From NCBI RefSeq assembly GCF_009914755.1, contig NC_060940.1: a DNA stretch of 64,000 nucleotides; one strand, 5' to 3'. Positions 29,957 to 46,030 of the stretch are shown here, piece by piece. This stretch comes from the human T2T-CHM13v2.0 reference genome, Homo sapiens. The notes beneath the pieces are model-generated. The model did no database searches, was not told the DNA's origin, and worked only from the letters and a program-made list of their open reading frames with translations. The stretch's first letter is position 1; each line of letters starts with the position of its first letter. Both the position numbers and the translations under genes were made by a program.

Positions 29957-31472
29957 GGTGGGATAAAAAAAGGGAAAGATTGTGATGTTTTTAAATGGAT
30001 ATTTTAAGATCTGTAAATCACAAAATTTGTGATGTCTAATAAGTAGTTGGAATTGCAGGACTAGAATTCCTACCTTGGATCCTGGGAGATTGGCTCCAGA
30101 ACCAGGAGTTTACAGTTAGAGAAGGATCATATTTTAGAAATGTGGGTTAGAGGAATTGCTCTGAGAGCACAGAAATTATTACCCCCAAATTGTGGTAACA
30201 GCATATTTCTCCATTAACCTGGTTTCTTGAGATACTAGAGTTGGATAGCCCTGGGGATGCTTTATTTGTAAGTGCCTGGGAGAGATAAAGAGAGTTGGGT
30301 GGTATGAATCTCATTAGGGGTGTTATTGATTATAAAAAATTATCTATTTTTGCTCATACTGCACAGGCCATATATCTCATTCAAAAAATAGAAACATTCT
30401 AAAGCAGTTGAAATTATTTCTAGTGGACTATTATTAATTAATTTTATATCTACAGCTAAGGATGCAAGTCAGAATAATTTTGATAATGTTTTCATGAAAA
30501 AAATTTTTCGAAAAGTTTGAGGAGACACTTATATATAATGGAGAAGATATATATAATGAGAAAAAAACATTTGTTTTTAGTCTTTTATCTGACTATTTTA
30601 CTTGCATCAACTTTAATTACAATTTATATCATTTCTACACAAAACCTTGGATTTGAGCTCTTATCTGGGCAAATTAGACATACTGTTAAAGTTTGAACCA
30701 TGAAAGCACACTGAATCATTTCTCCCCAAATGATGCAGATGCTTAATTAATCTTGAATTCAATACTATATGTAAACTGGGTCCATTTCAAATCTAATACA
30801 TGTGTTAAGTAAAGTCCATTTTCACCACTAAATCAGAATACTTCTTCTCTATTTTGGAAATAAAGTTGGATAGAGAACAGAAAATTGTCTACAAATGAGC
30901 CTATTCTTGATAAACTTCTAGTGAAAGGATGTAAGATAAGTCTTTATTTAATATTTGAGCTGAATCTAGTATATGAATGTCAAGCCGTTTATTGCTGCTG
31001 GAGGATTTTCTTTAAAAAAAATCATGTTTAGCAGGAAGCAATGTGACAATTTCCACTATAAGCTTAGGGAAATAATGAGTAATTTAAGGCACAGAATTGT
31101 TTTATTATCTCTGAAGCCCCATGACTTTAGACTCCTTGGTTTGAAGCAATGAAAGGAAATATAGAGAGAATTAATACTATCAGCTAGTGCTTGAGGAGCT
31201 CAGTGATGATCAACTATGCAGTAATAAAAATGTAATTGATTATCTTTTAGTCTGAAAAGAGAAGTGACTATATTATCTAGTACTGTATATATTTTGATTA
31301 ATTTTTTTATTATCTTTATATTTTGATTAATTCTTTTCTTTAGAGAAAATACTGTTACTATATATATTACATACATAACAGTAATAATATAAATGTATTA
31401 GCTATTGACATAACACCTATTTAATAGGATACACATTAAGAACTAATAGAAAGTTACAGAATAATGAATGAA

Positions 31473-31477
<5 letters not shown>

Positions 31478-31504
<27 letters not shown>

Positions 31505-31750
31505 TCCTGGGATATAGGAAAATTACACTTTAGAATTCAAGAGACCTGGGTTTGAATGACATATCTGCTGTTGAGTTTGGGCAATACATTCCCTCTTTGG
31601 GCTTAGTTTCCTCATTTTAAAAAGTAACATGACAGTCCCCATCATATGATGTTGATGTGAAGAACAAATAAAATAAAATTTAAAGTATTTACCAGAATGC
31701 CTGGCACATAGACAACATCGATATACAGTCCTAGTTTTTGCTACCATTAC
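31478..31750 (+). mobile_element. (CA)n followed by MIR
   Basis: MIR core 'gacctgggtttgaat...gggcttagtttcctcatttt...agaatgcctggcacatag'. Confidence 0.75.
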
Positions 31751-32739
31751 TGTGTTGCTTTGATTGTTGTTATCAGAAGACTTGTGTTGATGTTAGTAAT
31801 CTTTGTTGAGTAATGAATGTGAGAACTTAACAGATGTGGCTGTATGGGTCCTAATTGGTTGAATCCAGCAAATGGCACGTCTTTGTCATCCCAACTGGTA
31901 TAGTGTCATGTCACAGACTTCCACTGTTACCAGGTCATGGTGGGGGCAGTGATCAGGGGGATGAGTAAGTAGCAGGTTCTTGAATGTTGCTACCTGAAAC
32001 GGGACTAGATCAATAAAACAAGTGGGCAGTGTGTCTCTCTTTAGCTCTATCCTTCTCCACAACCAAAAGAGAAATAAGAGTTACAATAAAATGTCTTGCA
32101 GATGGCCTTGACGATGACTGACATCTTAAAAATACCATTCTCGATGTGAGCTTGATAGAGATTCATAAGATGTGTTGGGGAAGAAGAAATGGGTTTTTGA
32201 AGCGTGAAACACACTTCTATGAGCATGCCGCTTTGCTCAGATGAACGGAAGTAGGAATGGTGGTTAATAATTAATCTGTTCCTTGTGAATTCCAGAATGA
32301 ATTCTGACTGACTTAAGTGCAAAACAGAACAGAGCTAGGCAGAAGAAAACAAAAAAGGAAAAAATGAAGAAAACAATATGAGATTTTGGAGGATATATAT
32401 CACCATCTCCATGCCTGAAACTTCCTCAGATTTGGGCTATTTTTGACTGGGTAAGGGGCAGGGAATAAAAAGAGGGGTGTCATATCATTACTTTGAGTGA
32501 GCTCGTTTCTGAAGCTGGCTGAAGCATTTTATGACCTATTGCTGTGCCACACCTCCATCTGTACTTCTCGTCTCTCTTGTTCATCCAATTAGAGATGGAA
32601 ATTTACTGCAATACAACAGCAATGAGAAGGTGGTAAGTGGACAGGTGGCTATATATTCTATTTGATGGTGCTAAAGTGATTGGAGGAAGGACAGAGAAAG
32701 ACAAGAGCATGGGAGCAGAGCACAAAAGAAATTATATAT

Positions 32740-33353
32740 TACTGGGGAATGCTTAGCACATAACGGCTCCATCCAAACCTCGGCACTAAGGGACAATCAA
32801 ACTCTAGCGTGGCTTTTAGAAGCATAAAGCCTTGTTCCTAGGATGACCACAGCTCCCCATTAAAATACTTGAGAAAACTCAGTGTTGCCAGGAGAATTTA
32901 CTGTTTGTTCTAGCCAACACCTTCCCGTACTTGGAGAACTTACCTAAAAAGGGCATACACGTGTGAACCCATCCTCTTCCCTTTGAGAAAAAATATGTAA
33001 CTTCTACAATTCAGGAGTGTCTTTCTCAAGGACCTGAAAGCCATTTTTTTAAAAATGTAATTATCTGAAAGGAGAGAGCCTCCTTCAGTTTCTGTGGATG
33101 GATGAAATCCTAACTTTGATGATTACCAGGTAGCAGACACAGCTGATCTAATGACATTAGCCCTCACCAATCTTTTGTAAGTTTTTCACTTGACCCCACT
33201 TGCCTCCCCTCAATAGCCCTTCATCCTCCCTCTAAAATGCCCAGTTGCCTCTGCTCAAATAGGGAGCAAGCTCTTTCCCCTATTGTTAATAGTTGCTGAA
33301 TAAAATTTATTTTAACTGCTTTAACTAATGTCCAGCTCTATTTTTCACAGACA
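32740..33353 (+). mobile_element. ERV1 solo LTR (MER34/MER39 group)
   Basis: 'gtgtctttctcaaggacctgaaagccat...aaatgtaattatc' and terminal 'gaataaaatttattttaactgctttaactaatgtcc'. Confidence 0.65.
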
Positions 33354-33993
33354 ATCACATGATTTTATTTCATTCTATCTTATCTTATGTTACTTCTATC
33401 AAGGGAAAAATTTTAGACTACTTCTAATTTTCCAGCAGTATATTTGCCTCCACATCTTCAAGGATTCATTCCATGATCATATACTATTATAAGATATGTT
33501 AAATATCCTGAGGTCTTAGCATATGAATAGAAGGCCTGTCTAGCTAATGGCTGACATTAATATGCTAATAGTATCTTCCCAAATAATAACGGGGAATGAA
33601 AAAGAAAAATCTAAGCTCCATCTATTGGCAACATGGCTTGGATCAACCTTTTCTTGCCCAAATGTTTCAAGAGAAAAAGAGACTTGGAGATAAGTTCCTG
33701 AGACATGAAAGATGGAAATTGTTACATTGAAAAACAAAACCAAAAGAAGAGAGACAAAAAAAACTTTAAAAATACTTGTTTAAAAAACCAAATAACATTT
33801 TAAAATTTGTCTTCCAAATGACTATATATAGTAAGCAAATTAATTTATAAAAATTTTATGACCATCTTAAGACAAATTTGCTAATTTTAGTATATACAAT
33901 ATACTAAAACTTAAAGAAGTATATACATAAGGAACTTAAAGCATGGTGCATTTGTATGGTCAAATATTCTGCAACCAATAAAATTGTGCTATT

Positions 33994-34315
<322 letters not shown>

Positions 34316-37300
34316 TGATACCATAGGAAAATAACATGAAAATCTCTGAACCAGAACACACATTTTTATATATAGTATGACCCTAAGGTAATAGTATATT
34401 AACTCACTTGTATACAAACACACTCATTAATTATATATGCATACACGTAGACAGTCCAATAGCAGTATATGATTTCCAAAATTCAGTAGGTCATTTATTC
34501 TGAATAATGAGATTATAGACAATATCATTTTCTTTTTCATACCTTTTGTCATTTGCCTAATTCCTTCGAGTCAGCATAGACTATTTTATAATTAGAAAAA
34601 AAGTACATAAATATAAACATTATATGTAGCATCATGAGATGTGACAGCCATAAGAAATCATTAAAGTGTGTGAAACCCTTGGAAGTAAAGCATAATGCTC
34701 AAAAATAAAGTGTGTTGTTACAGAATTATATTGCTATAGCGAGCTACTTTAGAATGACAGTGATCTTATTTATCTTTCTGGCCCATCAAACAAGCTTGAC
34801 AAATATATGATGACTAAATGAGCATCTATGAATTTTCTAGAAAATGTATATTTGAATATTCTTTATTTAATTAGACACAGAAGCTTATTATCCATTTTAC
34901 CAAAATTTAAATAAAAATTTCCTGCTTTTACAGAAAAGAAAAATTGAAGTCTGGATAAATTTTCAGAGAAATTTAGTGGGAAAGATGGAGTAGATTATTC
35001 CAACTTCATATTCGATGGTGTCCCCATTTTCTTAAAACGTTTTACTTAATAAGCCTTTACTGAGAATTTGCTTTGTGCAAAGTTTTAAATGAGACAATAG
35101 TGCCAGGCCGAAACGTACCCTAGACTTTAGAGCTGTCTTTCACAAGAATGCAAATGCTGGGGTTGGCTGGAGAATATGTGCTTTTGGAAGAGATATGGTT
35201 GGTACTAGGAAAGGAAGGTGGGACGAGAGTCAACTCACATATACCCCCAGCTATTTCAACATTTCTCGTGTAGATGAACATGCTGTGACATAGGAAACAA
35301 CATCAACATCATCTCTATATTCTTTACAAGCATAAAGGTAGGCACTGAATTTTGAGGAAAGGATTTGTTCTTTCTAATTTCCAAACCGAATGTGGGTCAT
35401 TCTTGAAGACAATGAAATAAACTGTGCACATTCATTCATATAGCCCCATTGATGAAATCAAGAGACAATGACATTGAATTCTCCAATTCAAAAAGCTCCC
35501 AAGATGAGCAGTAAAGCAAATTACTAAGTGCTCTTAGTTTATCTAAGCCCAAATTTTATGGTGGCAGATGTTAATTCATCTCTGCCTAAGAGAAACCTCT
35601 AACAAAAACACAAACTATGTCAACTGCAAAATGCTTTTCTCAAAGGTCATGCCACAACTAGAGGGCTCTCAAAAGTGTTTTAAAGTATTCTTTGCTGGAG
35701 AGAGTTGATTTAATCACCTGTAACCTGTCCTCTGGGGATAATTTGAATTTGATAGCACTCTGCAAAGACATGTTTTCAGGAAAGAAAATTCTGAAGATAC
35801 TTTCTGTAAAAAGCCTAACACAAACAACGCAAACTTTTATAGACCCTCAATTTATTTTCATATAGTATGAAAAGTACAAGATTTATTGCTTTGTTCTTGT
35901 TTGTTTATTTAATAAATATGTCTTGTTTTCTCCAGCAATGCTACCAGGAGCCAAAATGACTCAAGTGCAAGAAATATTTCAAAGCTAAGAATAAGAAGAA
36001 GCAATAAAGAATTGAGCTTAATTTTTGTCACAAATCTAATCTGACTGTTCTCATAATGCTTTCTTCCCTGGGTGCCTCTGCTTTAGAACTTTGTGTCAAG
36101 TAAGCAACAATTAACACAGACTTAAGAGTGCAGCTTATATATTGAAAATGACGCTTTCACTTTTTGCAGGGGCTTAGGAATATATATATATGTTATGATT
36201 TTCAACGATAACCAGGTATTATCATCTGGGATGAGCCAATTTGAAAGTCGATGTTTTTCTGTTAAGGTTTTAATCATTATAATTTGAACCAAGATCATGA
36301 CACTGGAGGGGGAAAAGGAAGTGATTTCTTTACTATTTGACTTTCAGAAATAGCTTAAATGACTGTTTTAATTAGCTTTCAAGGAAGGGCCTGGAAGTAG
36401 CTGGAGGAAAGTAGATTGGGTAGATTTTCCCCAAGGAATTTAAATACTAGCATTTACTAAAGTGTATTATGCAGAATACTACATCTTTGAAATATGATTA
36501 ATTGAAAAACAATGAGATTCTGTGATCAACTATATTTAGAAAAATATGCATTTAAATAAAATTTTATCTTACTGTACATTTCTCATAATATTTTTTTTCC
36601 TAGCTACATGGGCATTATCAATTTCCAAGAATAGTATAAAATAAACAATTTTCCAAACTTGATTGGTCCCACAATACTTTTTTTTGCTAAACATTTAATG
36701 GAGAAGAGTCTTTCATTGTCATGCCTAGGTAAGAACATTATTTTAATCCAGGCATCTTCCACACATGTGATTGACACAAACTTTTTTTCTTTTTGAAGGG
36801 AGCAAGAGTGGGAAGTAGGTGAACTAAGTTATTTAGAATACAGAATTGTTAGAATTTTAGCACAGTATTAAGCCATTTGTCTGATGGAATAAATTGTTTC
36901 TGTGTTTTTCTAAGGAGTCAGGCATTATGGTAAGAATTCTCCAATATATGAGATAAGTTCATTCTATCTACATAGTTAAGGAAAATGAGACTCATGAAAT
37001 TAAAGTAATTTACATAGAATTGTGACAAATCTGGGAATTGGACTTAATTCTGATGCGTCAACCCTCCCTATCGCCCAGCACAGATGATAAATATTGTTGG
37101 CGGCTGTGTGAATGATACTTAGACCTTGTCTCAGACCAAAGCCAAAATTGATTCCAACAGAGCAAACTGAGCCAGTCAGACCATCATCACTTTGCTATGA
37201 AGAGTAATGACTCATATACAGACTTCAGAAGACAGATTAAAAATATGTTTCCAATCCATTGCTTTCCCTGCATGATTTAAGATTTTAGAAACCATTGAGG

Positions 37301-37870
37301 TAGAAGGTAGGACAAAGCTTGTCATGCTTGTATACAAGAATCAGACACTCTCCTCAAGATTTTTATTTAGAGTATAGTGATTTGTATGTTTAATTAACTT
37401 CCCAGGGAACACTCTTTTAGGTAATCCTTGAGCTATGTTTTAGGAAGCTCTGATGCAAAGAATATAAAACATAGCCAGCTATTGCTAATCTAGAAAATAT
37501 AAGTGTCTAGCGAAGATCAGTATGTTAATTATTCCACAGTACAAAAAAATTGTTGGACATGTAAGTAAAGGAGATGAAAGTCAGAATTTATTAGATCTTC
37601 CCGCTGTTTTAAAAAGGCTCTGTATCTGACTCTGTTTTAAAAGCTAGCTTGGATTAGGGAAACATAATCTACTACCTATTGCTTCTGATTTAATAATTCA
37701 TTCTTTAAAGACCTTGCCCTTAGGCTTGTGCTTATTTTTATATCCATGTTCAATTCATACTTACAAATATTTAGGTGGCTAGTAGATTGGCTCAAAGTGG
37801 AGTACAAAAGGAAGTCATATACTAGTCCTGCATTCCAACATCATAGGCTGTCATTAGAAATGGGAGGGTA

Positions 37871-38212
<342 letters not shown>

Positions 38213-40735
38213 CTAGAACAGCAGTTGCATTGGTCTGATTACAGGTTTTTCTTTTCATCGTTTAAAAAATTGCTCTGCTTCTTACTTCAAGAAGCAGAAG
38301 AGGGCTGTACACTGGACACAAAATGTTGAGGTTTTGTACATTTAAATAGCCGGGGATATTCTAAATTAGCCCAGCTCTACAAAATCCAGAAATTTAGATA
38401 TTGTAACTATTGTATCAGGCAGAACTTGAAATAACAAAATTTTAAAACAGTAAGAAGAAGGTGGTAGAGAAACAAGAGGTGTGGAGGTATGGGAAGGTGT
38501 GCAAAGAACAGAGAGAAATGAGGTGAAAGTGTCAGGAGACAGAGGCAGGAGGGAGAGAGAAGACAGATCAAGCATGAGAGTGAAAGAAAAGGGAAAAGAG
38601 CAAAGAACAGGAAAGAGGGAAGAATAAGGAGAACGCATTCTGCCTGTGCCTCTGGTTTTCCTGCTGCAGGGAGCATCCTAGGGGATAGAAACACCAGCAT
38701 GGACATTCAAGTTTTGCTCTCCTTCTTTCCAAGGACCATCCAGCAGAAATTAACCATAGGAAGCAAGATATAAATAGAGTTATATGAAGATAATGTTAGA
38801 TATTCAGATAAACCAAAAAGAAAAAAAAAAGAATACACTGGCATTCAAAGAAAGGCAAAAAGAACGGAAGTGAAAGAGTTGACTAAGTTAAGACCCCACC
38901 AGCAGGAAGCAGAAGGCTCCATCCAGGGCTGATATCAGATGTCATGTTGCTAGGTGAACAGGTGAACATCAGGTAAGGAGGAGCAGATGTCCAGAACAAA
39001 GATGACATCCACACTGAGGGTATGAGCAGTGTGAGGACTAAAACTAGGAGACAAAGAACACAGCAGTGCAATTGAAGGGGAAAAGATCACAGGATGGTTA
39101 TTGCAAAACCAGGAAACTTCAGGCATGTGACCCCTTCCTGAAATTTACCATCTATTGGCAAACACATGTGTAGCTAATATTTATATATGAATTTGTTCAT
39201 TGTTTAATAAGCATATTTCCATCGGCCATGGAAGTATTGTTCATCTTAGGAAACCTATACGAACAGAAAAAAAGGGTAAACCAGTTTATGAATTCCAAAG
39301 GTCCAGGTCCAAGTACAAGTACTGAGACTTAAATGTGGACTTCTCAATTGAGAAAATACCAGTTTTTTATTTATCCACTGAACTTATACTGTTTCAATTG
39401 TTGTGTTATTCTACTGACCTCTTTTTCCCCCAGCTGTTTTCTATTTATCTGAACAAACAAAGAAATAGTAGCAGAAAGTCACTGGGGGAAAGTAAAACAT
39501 TCTTGAATAGACCAAGAAGAGCCCCGGTTTAGGAATAAAGTAGTCCTCTTCAGCACACGTCATACAGACAGCTCTCGTATTTGGTGTCTTGCAGAGAGAC
39601 AGATAATATCACAGCGTGCCACAGAGACAAAGAACTAAAGGACCAAAACAGAGCCCTCAGAAAGGAGTTGTGGTATTGATTTTTTTTATTAAATCACATT
39701 TCTCTGAAAATGGAGAATTTAAGTTTCTAAGAGAAAAGATGCCTTTGGCTTTATGCCTCCCTGATTTCCAAACTCTAGGAAAAAACTAGGGAATATGATA
39801 AATATTTCAAAGAAAATCTATGCAGATATGCAACCTAGTGCTGGCAAAGGGACTAGAATCAACTTTTCTTGATTTCAAGTCTGATACTTTTTATGTTTTT
39901 AAGGACACATTAAAATAATTTGTGGGCAAAATTATTTCCATGGGTAAAATAATTATTCTTCTCCCATCACATCTTCCCTTTGGATAGTTTCTGAGAAGTC
40001 CTGTGGGATGGAGCAGTATTTGGCAAAATTTTACAAGAGGAAGTATAAACCAGAACTGGAGGATTTGCCAAACTAGAATGTCTTCCTTCCCTGCCAAACA
40101 TAATGGAAATACCCACATATACAGAAAGGGTTTCAGGTAATCAGAGAGGGTTGAGCTGGGATCCCTGCCTCCTCTCCTGTCTCTACAGCAGTCTCAAAAT
40201 GAACAACTGTTATAAAAAATGGACTAATTCCACTATCTGTCAGTATTTGAAGACAAGCTAGACACTGCATATCTTTTGTTTATGTCTATATAGACTGGCC
40301 AGTCCCACGAAGTAACTGGTATGGATGGCGAAATAAAATAAAATAAAATAAAAGCTATTTCTTACATTATTTATCTAGAAATAATGATGATTGTAGGCAT
40401 TTCCTCCTATTTTCTCTAGGATTTATGACTAACTTATAAAATAGGTATTATTGTCCCTCATATATGCACATACATATATAAACCTACCTACCATACATAG
40501 ACAGACAAATAGATAAATTGATTGACAAATAGATAAATAGATAAATTGATAGATACAGACAAATCATCAGAGATTATTTGACACAGCAATTTAGGACAGA
40601 GCCCGAATTGTAATCCAAGTTGCTCTATCTCCTAATACGTTTTTTCTCCCCTACACCATGACATTTCTCTTCAGAAACATGGAGTGTTTTGCCATCTCAA
40701 AATGGTGATGTAACCTACAATCTGTGCTATATATC

Positions 40736-41051
40736 TTTTTCTTTTTCTTTTTTTTTTTTTTGTTTGTTTGAGACAGAGTCTTGCTCTGTTGCCCAGGTTG
40801 GAGTACAATGGTGTGATATTGGCCTACTGCAAGCTCTTCTCTCAGGGTTCAAGTGATTAACCCACCTCAGCCTCCCGTGTAGCTGGGACCACAGGTGCAC
40901 CCCACCATACCCAGCTAATTTTTATATTTGTAGTAGAGACAGGGTTTTGCCATGTTGGCCAGGCTGATCTCCAACCCCTGTCCTCAAGTGATCCACCTGC
41001 GTCAGGCTCCCAAAGTGCTGGGATTACAGGTGTGAGCCACCATGCCCAGCC
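40736..41051 (-). mobile_element. AluJ-like
   Basis: Diverged full dimer with T-rich tail. Confidence 0.9.
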
Positions 41052-41539
41052 TATTTTTTCTTAAATAAAAAATGTGACATCACATCCACATAAATTACCA
41101 AATATCCCTCTCATCTTTACATCATACTGTATTCCCTTCTCTGTCTTTTTTATCTTGCCATATGAATTTATTTCTAATAAAAAAGCCATGGAGATAGAAA
41201 TATTAAGATTTTTTTTACACATTTCACTATATATAAAAATACCGTCTATAAATCCATCCTGATATACAGACAGAAATAGAAAAAAATGATAAAATTCAAT
41301 ATATGAGTCTGTAATTTAGTTGGGTATGGTTGGCTGAATAATGACTCTCTGAAGATATTCATATCCTAATACCTGAACCTGTAAATTTGTTACATTATAT
41401 AGAAAAAGAGACTTTACATAAATGATTATAAATTATGGATCTTAAAATGAGATTATCCTGGATTATCCAAATGGTCCCATGTCCTTAAACAATAAAAGTT
41501 CTTATAAAAGGGAAGCAGGATAACCAGAGTTAGAAAAAA

Positions 41540-42810
41540 AATTGGAAAAACTATATACTCATATACAAAAGAATGAAATTGAAAGTCTCTTAAATCATAC
41601 ATAAAAACTATCTCTCAATGAATTAAAAACTTAAATATAACTTCTAAAATCATAAAATTCCTAGAAAAAAACACAGGAGAAAAGCTTCTTGTCAATGATT
41701 TTTCAGACATGACACCAAAAGCACAGGCAATGAAAACAAAAATAAACACATGAGACTACATCGAATGAAAAAGCTTCTGCACAGCAAAGGACAATCAACT
41801 AAATGAAAAGACAATCTATGGAATGGGAGGAAATACTTGAAAACCATATATATGATAAGGGATTAATATGCAAAATATGTAACGAGCTCACACAACTAAG
41901 TAGCATAAATAAATAAATGACCAATTAAAAAATGGGCAAAGGACCTGAATAGACACTTTTCCAAAGAAGACATTCAAATGACCAATACTTACATGAAAAG
42001 ATTCTCAATGTCACTGACCTTCAGAGAAATGCAAATGAAAACCACAATGAGATACCACCTTATACCTGTTAGAAAGGATTTTATCAAAAAGACAAGATAT
42101 AAATGTTTGCAAGGTTGTGGAGAAAGGGACCCCTCATACACTGTTGGTGAGAATGTAAATGTAAACTGGAACAAGTATTATGAGAAACAGTATGGAAGAT
42201 TTTCAACAAAATTAAAAATAGAACTACTACAAGGTCCAGAAATTCCCCTTCTGGGTATATCCTTAAAAAAAATGAAATCAGGATCTCAAACAGATATCTG
42301 CATTCCCGTGCTCACTGCAGCATCTTTTACAATAGCCAAGCTATGGAATCAACCCAAGTTCTTATGGATAAGCAAATGGATGAAGAAACTGTTGTATTAT
42401 ATGCATATAAAAGAATATTATCAAACCATAAAATAGAAGGAATAGAAGGAAATCCTGCCATTTACAACAGCATGAGTGAACCTGGAACACATTATGCTAG
42501 ATAAAATAAGCTAGATACACAAAGACAAACACTGTATAATATTAGTTACATGTGGAATGTGAAAATATGGAATTTATAGAAGCAGAGTAGAATGGTGTTT
42601 TCCAGAAGTTGGGGAGAGGGTAGGGTAAATGAGGGTGTGCTGGTCAAAGAGTACAAACTTTGGCTTATAAGATGATCAAGTTCTGGAGATCTAATGCACA
42701 GCATGGAAGAAGGTGATTGATGTGTTAATTTGATTCTGATAACCATTACACAAGCCATATGTATATCGAATCATCACATTGTACACATTGAATATACATA
42801 ATTTTTATTT
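41540..42810 (+). mobile_element. L1MA-type 3' end (ORF2 C-terminal remnant plus 3'UTR); A-rich tail continues ~43119-43155
   Basis: ORF 41978..42436 is L1 ORF2 C-terminus (REMQMKTTMRYHLIPVR); 3'UTR 'gagtacaaactttggcttataagatg..agttctggagatctaatg'. Confidence 0.9.
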
Positions 42811-42814
42811 CCAA

Positions 42815-43129
<315 letters not shown>

Positions 43130-43154
43130 TAAAAAATAAAATAATAAAATAAAA

Positions 43155-43366
43155 TAGTTGGCTGTCCATATCTGTGAGTTCTGCCTCCACAGATTCAACG
43201 AACTGCAGATCAAAAAAAGAACATTTACAGGATGTCAACCCATAGAAATGGAAGTCCTACTTTTCCCGAGGGCAGATAGCCAGACCTGAGCCTGTAGATT
43301 TTGGTAGGATTTTGGTATATGTGGCTGTTCCTGGAACCAATTCCCCCCATAACAAGGGATGACTAT
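43155..43366. mobile_element. Tigger2-family DNA transposon derivative (MER8/MER2-like)
   Basis: 'ccacagattcaac', 'gattttggtatatgtgg..cctggaaccaattcccc...gggatgacta' terminal motifs. Confidence 0.7.
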
Positions 43367-43500
43367 CAAAATGAAGATTCTAGGAGAGTGTTTTGCGGGA
43401 GAAGTGAGAAAGAAAAGATGTAAGGATGCAAGTAGAGGTCAAAGAGATGAGAAGATTTTACATAGCTGACTTTGAAGATGGAGAGAGGTATTATGAGTCA

Positions 43501-43833
<333 letters not shown>

Positions 43834-44169
43834 CTATAGACCCAATGTACATATCTGACCACAGAGATGCAAGACAATAAATATATTTGGCTTTAAGCCA
43901 CTAAGGTTGTGGTAGTCTATTACAACAGCAATAAGAAACTAACATAGGAATTCCTTTGTCACAATTGTTAAAATCTTCTCCTCTTGAAATTATCCATGTA
44001 CTCTCAGTGGTTGGGAAATCTTACTTAGAGATGGCTATGAACTGACTAGGAGCACTAGTATGATATCAAATATACTTCAATAAATCATCATTTTTATTTG
44101 AAAAGTCAAAAAGTACAAATTTGGTGAATTCTATGGTTTCCATGATCGGCAATGACTTGGAAAGAAAAC

Positions 44170-44480
44170 TTTTTTTGTTTGTTTGTTTTTGTTTTTTGAG
44201 ACAGAGCCTCACTCTGTTGCCCAGGCTGGAGTGTAGTGGAGAGATCTTGGCTCACTGCAAATTCGGCCTCCTGGATTCAGGTGATCCTCCAGCCCCAGCC
44301 TCCTAAGTAGCTGGGATTATAGGTGTACACCACCATGCCTGGGTTTTTTTTTTTTTTTGTATTTTTTTAGTAAAGATGGGGTTTCACCATGTTGGCCAGG
44401 CTGGTCTGGAACTCCTGACCTCAAGTGATCTCAGACTCGCAACATGCTGGGATTACAGGCGTGAGCTACCATGCCCAGTC
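44170..44480 (-). mobile_element. Alu (J/S) with internal deletion
   Basis: Dimer; TSD agaaaacttt. Confidence 0.9.
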
Positions 44481-44524
44481 GGAGAGAAAACTTTGAATTC
44501 TTGGTGGGAATAAAGGAAGATGGC

Positions 44525-45184
44525 ACAATCAGCTTGGGTTGCTATTAAAAATGGCATAAACTGAGCCAGGTCCAGTGGCTCACGCCTGTAATCTCAGCAC
44601 TTTGTGAGGCTGAGGCGGGCAGGTCACCTGAGGTCAGGAATTCGAGACCACCCTGGCCAACATGGCAAAACCCCGTCTCCACAAAAAATACAAAAATCAG
44701 CCAGGCATGGTGGTGGGTGCCTGTAATCGCAGCTACTCAGGAGGCTGAGGCAGGCGAATCACTTGAACCTGGGAGGCGTAGGTTGCAGTGAGCTGAGATC
44801 ACGCCTGCACTCCAGCCTGGGCTACAAGAGCGATGCTCTGTCTAAAAAAAAAAAAAAAAAAAAAAGCATAAACTGGGTGGCTTAAACATCAAGTAGTGAT
44901 GTCTCATAGTTATAGAGGCTGGGAAGATCAGGATCCAGGGGTGCCAGCCAGTTTGGTTCCTGCCAAAGGCCTTCTTCCTTGTTTGCAGATGAATGCCTTT
45001 TTGCTGTATCTTCACATGGCTGAGAGATCATCCTGCCGAGTCTCTTATTGTAAGGGCATTAATCCCATCATGAGGACTCCACCCTTATGACCTAATTACC
45101 TCCCTAAGGCCCCATCTCCAATACCAACACATTGGAAACTATGACACAAAATTTTGGATGGATACGAACATTCAGTGCACAGCA
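44525..45184 (-). mobile_element. MaLR LTR (MLT1B/A-like) interrupted by AluS (44563-44865, +)
   Basis: 'cataaactgggtggcttaaac...aacattcagtgcacagca'; Alu TSD gcataaactg. Confidence 0.85.
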
Positions 45185-45962
45185 GAAGACTTCCTTAAGA
45201 AGGTGACCCCTATTGCTCTTGGCTTTCAGATAATTTGTAGAAAGAAGTAAAGTGTGTTTATTTTTATAGTAAACAGAGACTTGGAAGTCCTTTCTAATTT
45301 CTGTTTTTTCCTCCATTTGTTATTTATTATATTTGGCTTAGGTCAATAGTCAGCATAGTATCAGAGCATTCACAGATCTTTTTTTAGAAGTTTGACCCTT
45401 CTTTATATGAACCAATGTTGCCAGCATTGCTTTCCATGTTTACAGATGCACTTTAGACCCTATGAAAAGTAATTACTGGATTCATTTAATATATTCTAGA
45501 TATAATTAATTTTTATGGCATGGCTTCTGAATAAATAGCTTTTGAAGTGTACTGGTGTCAGTAGAAAAAAGTGGAACTTCTCAGAAGCAGAACTATGCAT
45601 TCTCTATATTCTTATCACTGCTGGCACCTGTCACATGGTCTACCCCAGAGAGAGGCACAATAAATATGTGTTCACTTCATTGATTCACTGCTTCACTGGC
45701 TGACTGGGTGTAGGGGTGTATGTTGGACTACATACTGATTGGTAAAATAAATGGTTATAGCCAACCCATCTTTGTGCTGTTCATATGCTAATCAGCACTT
45801 TCAGTAGGGCTTCCTAATTTTTGTTTGCACATCTGTCTACTTCAATAGACTTTGAGCATCCTATTTATATCTGTTTCTCAAGGCTATAGTCTAATTCATG
45901 ACACATAGGAGGTACTAAGAAGATTAAGTTATAACAGGTACAGGTACTTAGAGAACTGACTG

Positions 45963-46030
45963 AAAGAATGAATGAATGAATGAATGAATGAATGAATGAA
46001 CAAATGAATGAATGAACAAATGAATGAATG
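45963..46030. repeat. (GAAT)n microsatellite
   Basis: Direct inspection. Confidence 0.95.

Noticed and set aside
41978-42436. Longest ORF in the window (152 aa)
   Set aside because: Decayed C-terminus of L1 ORF2, not a host gene.
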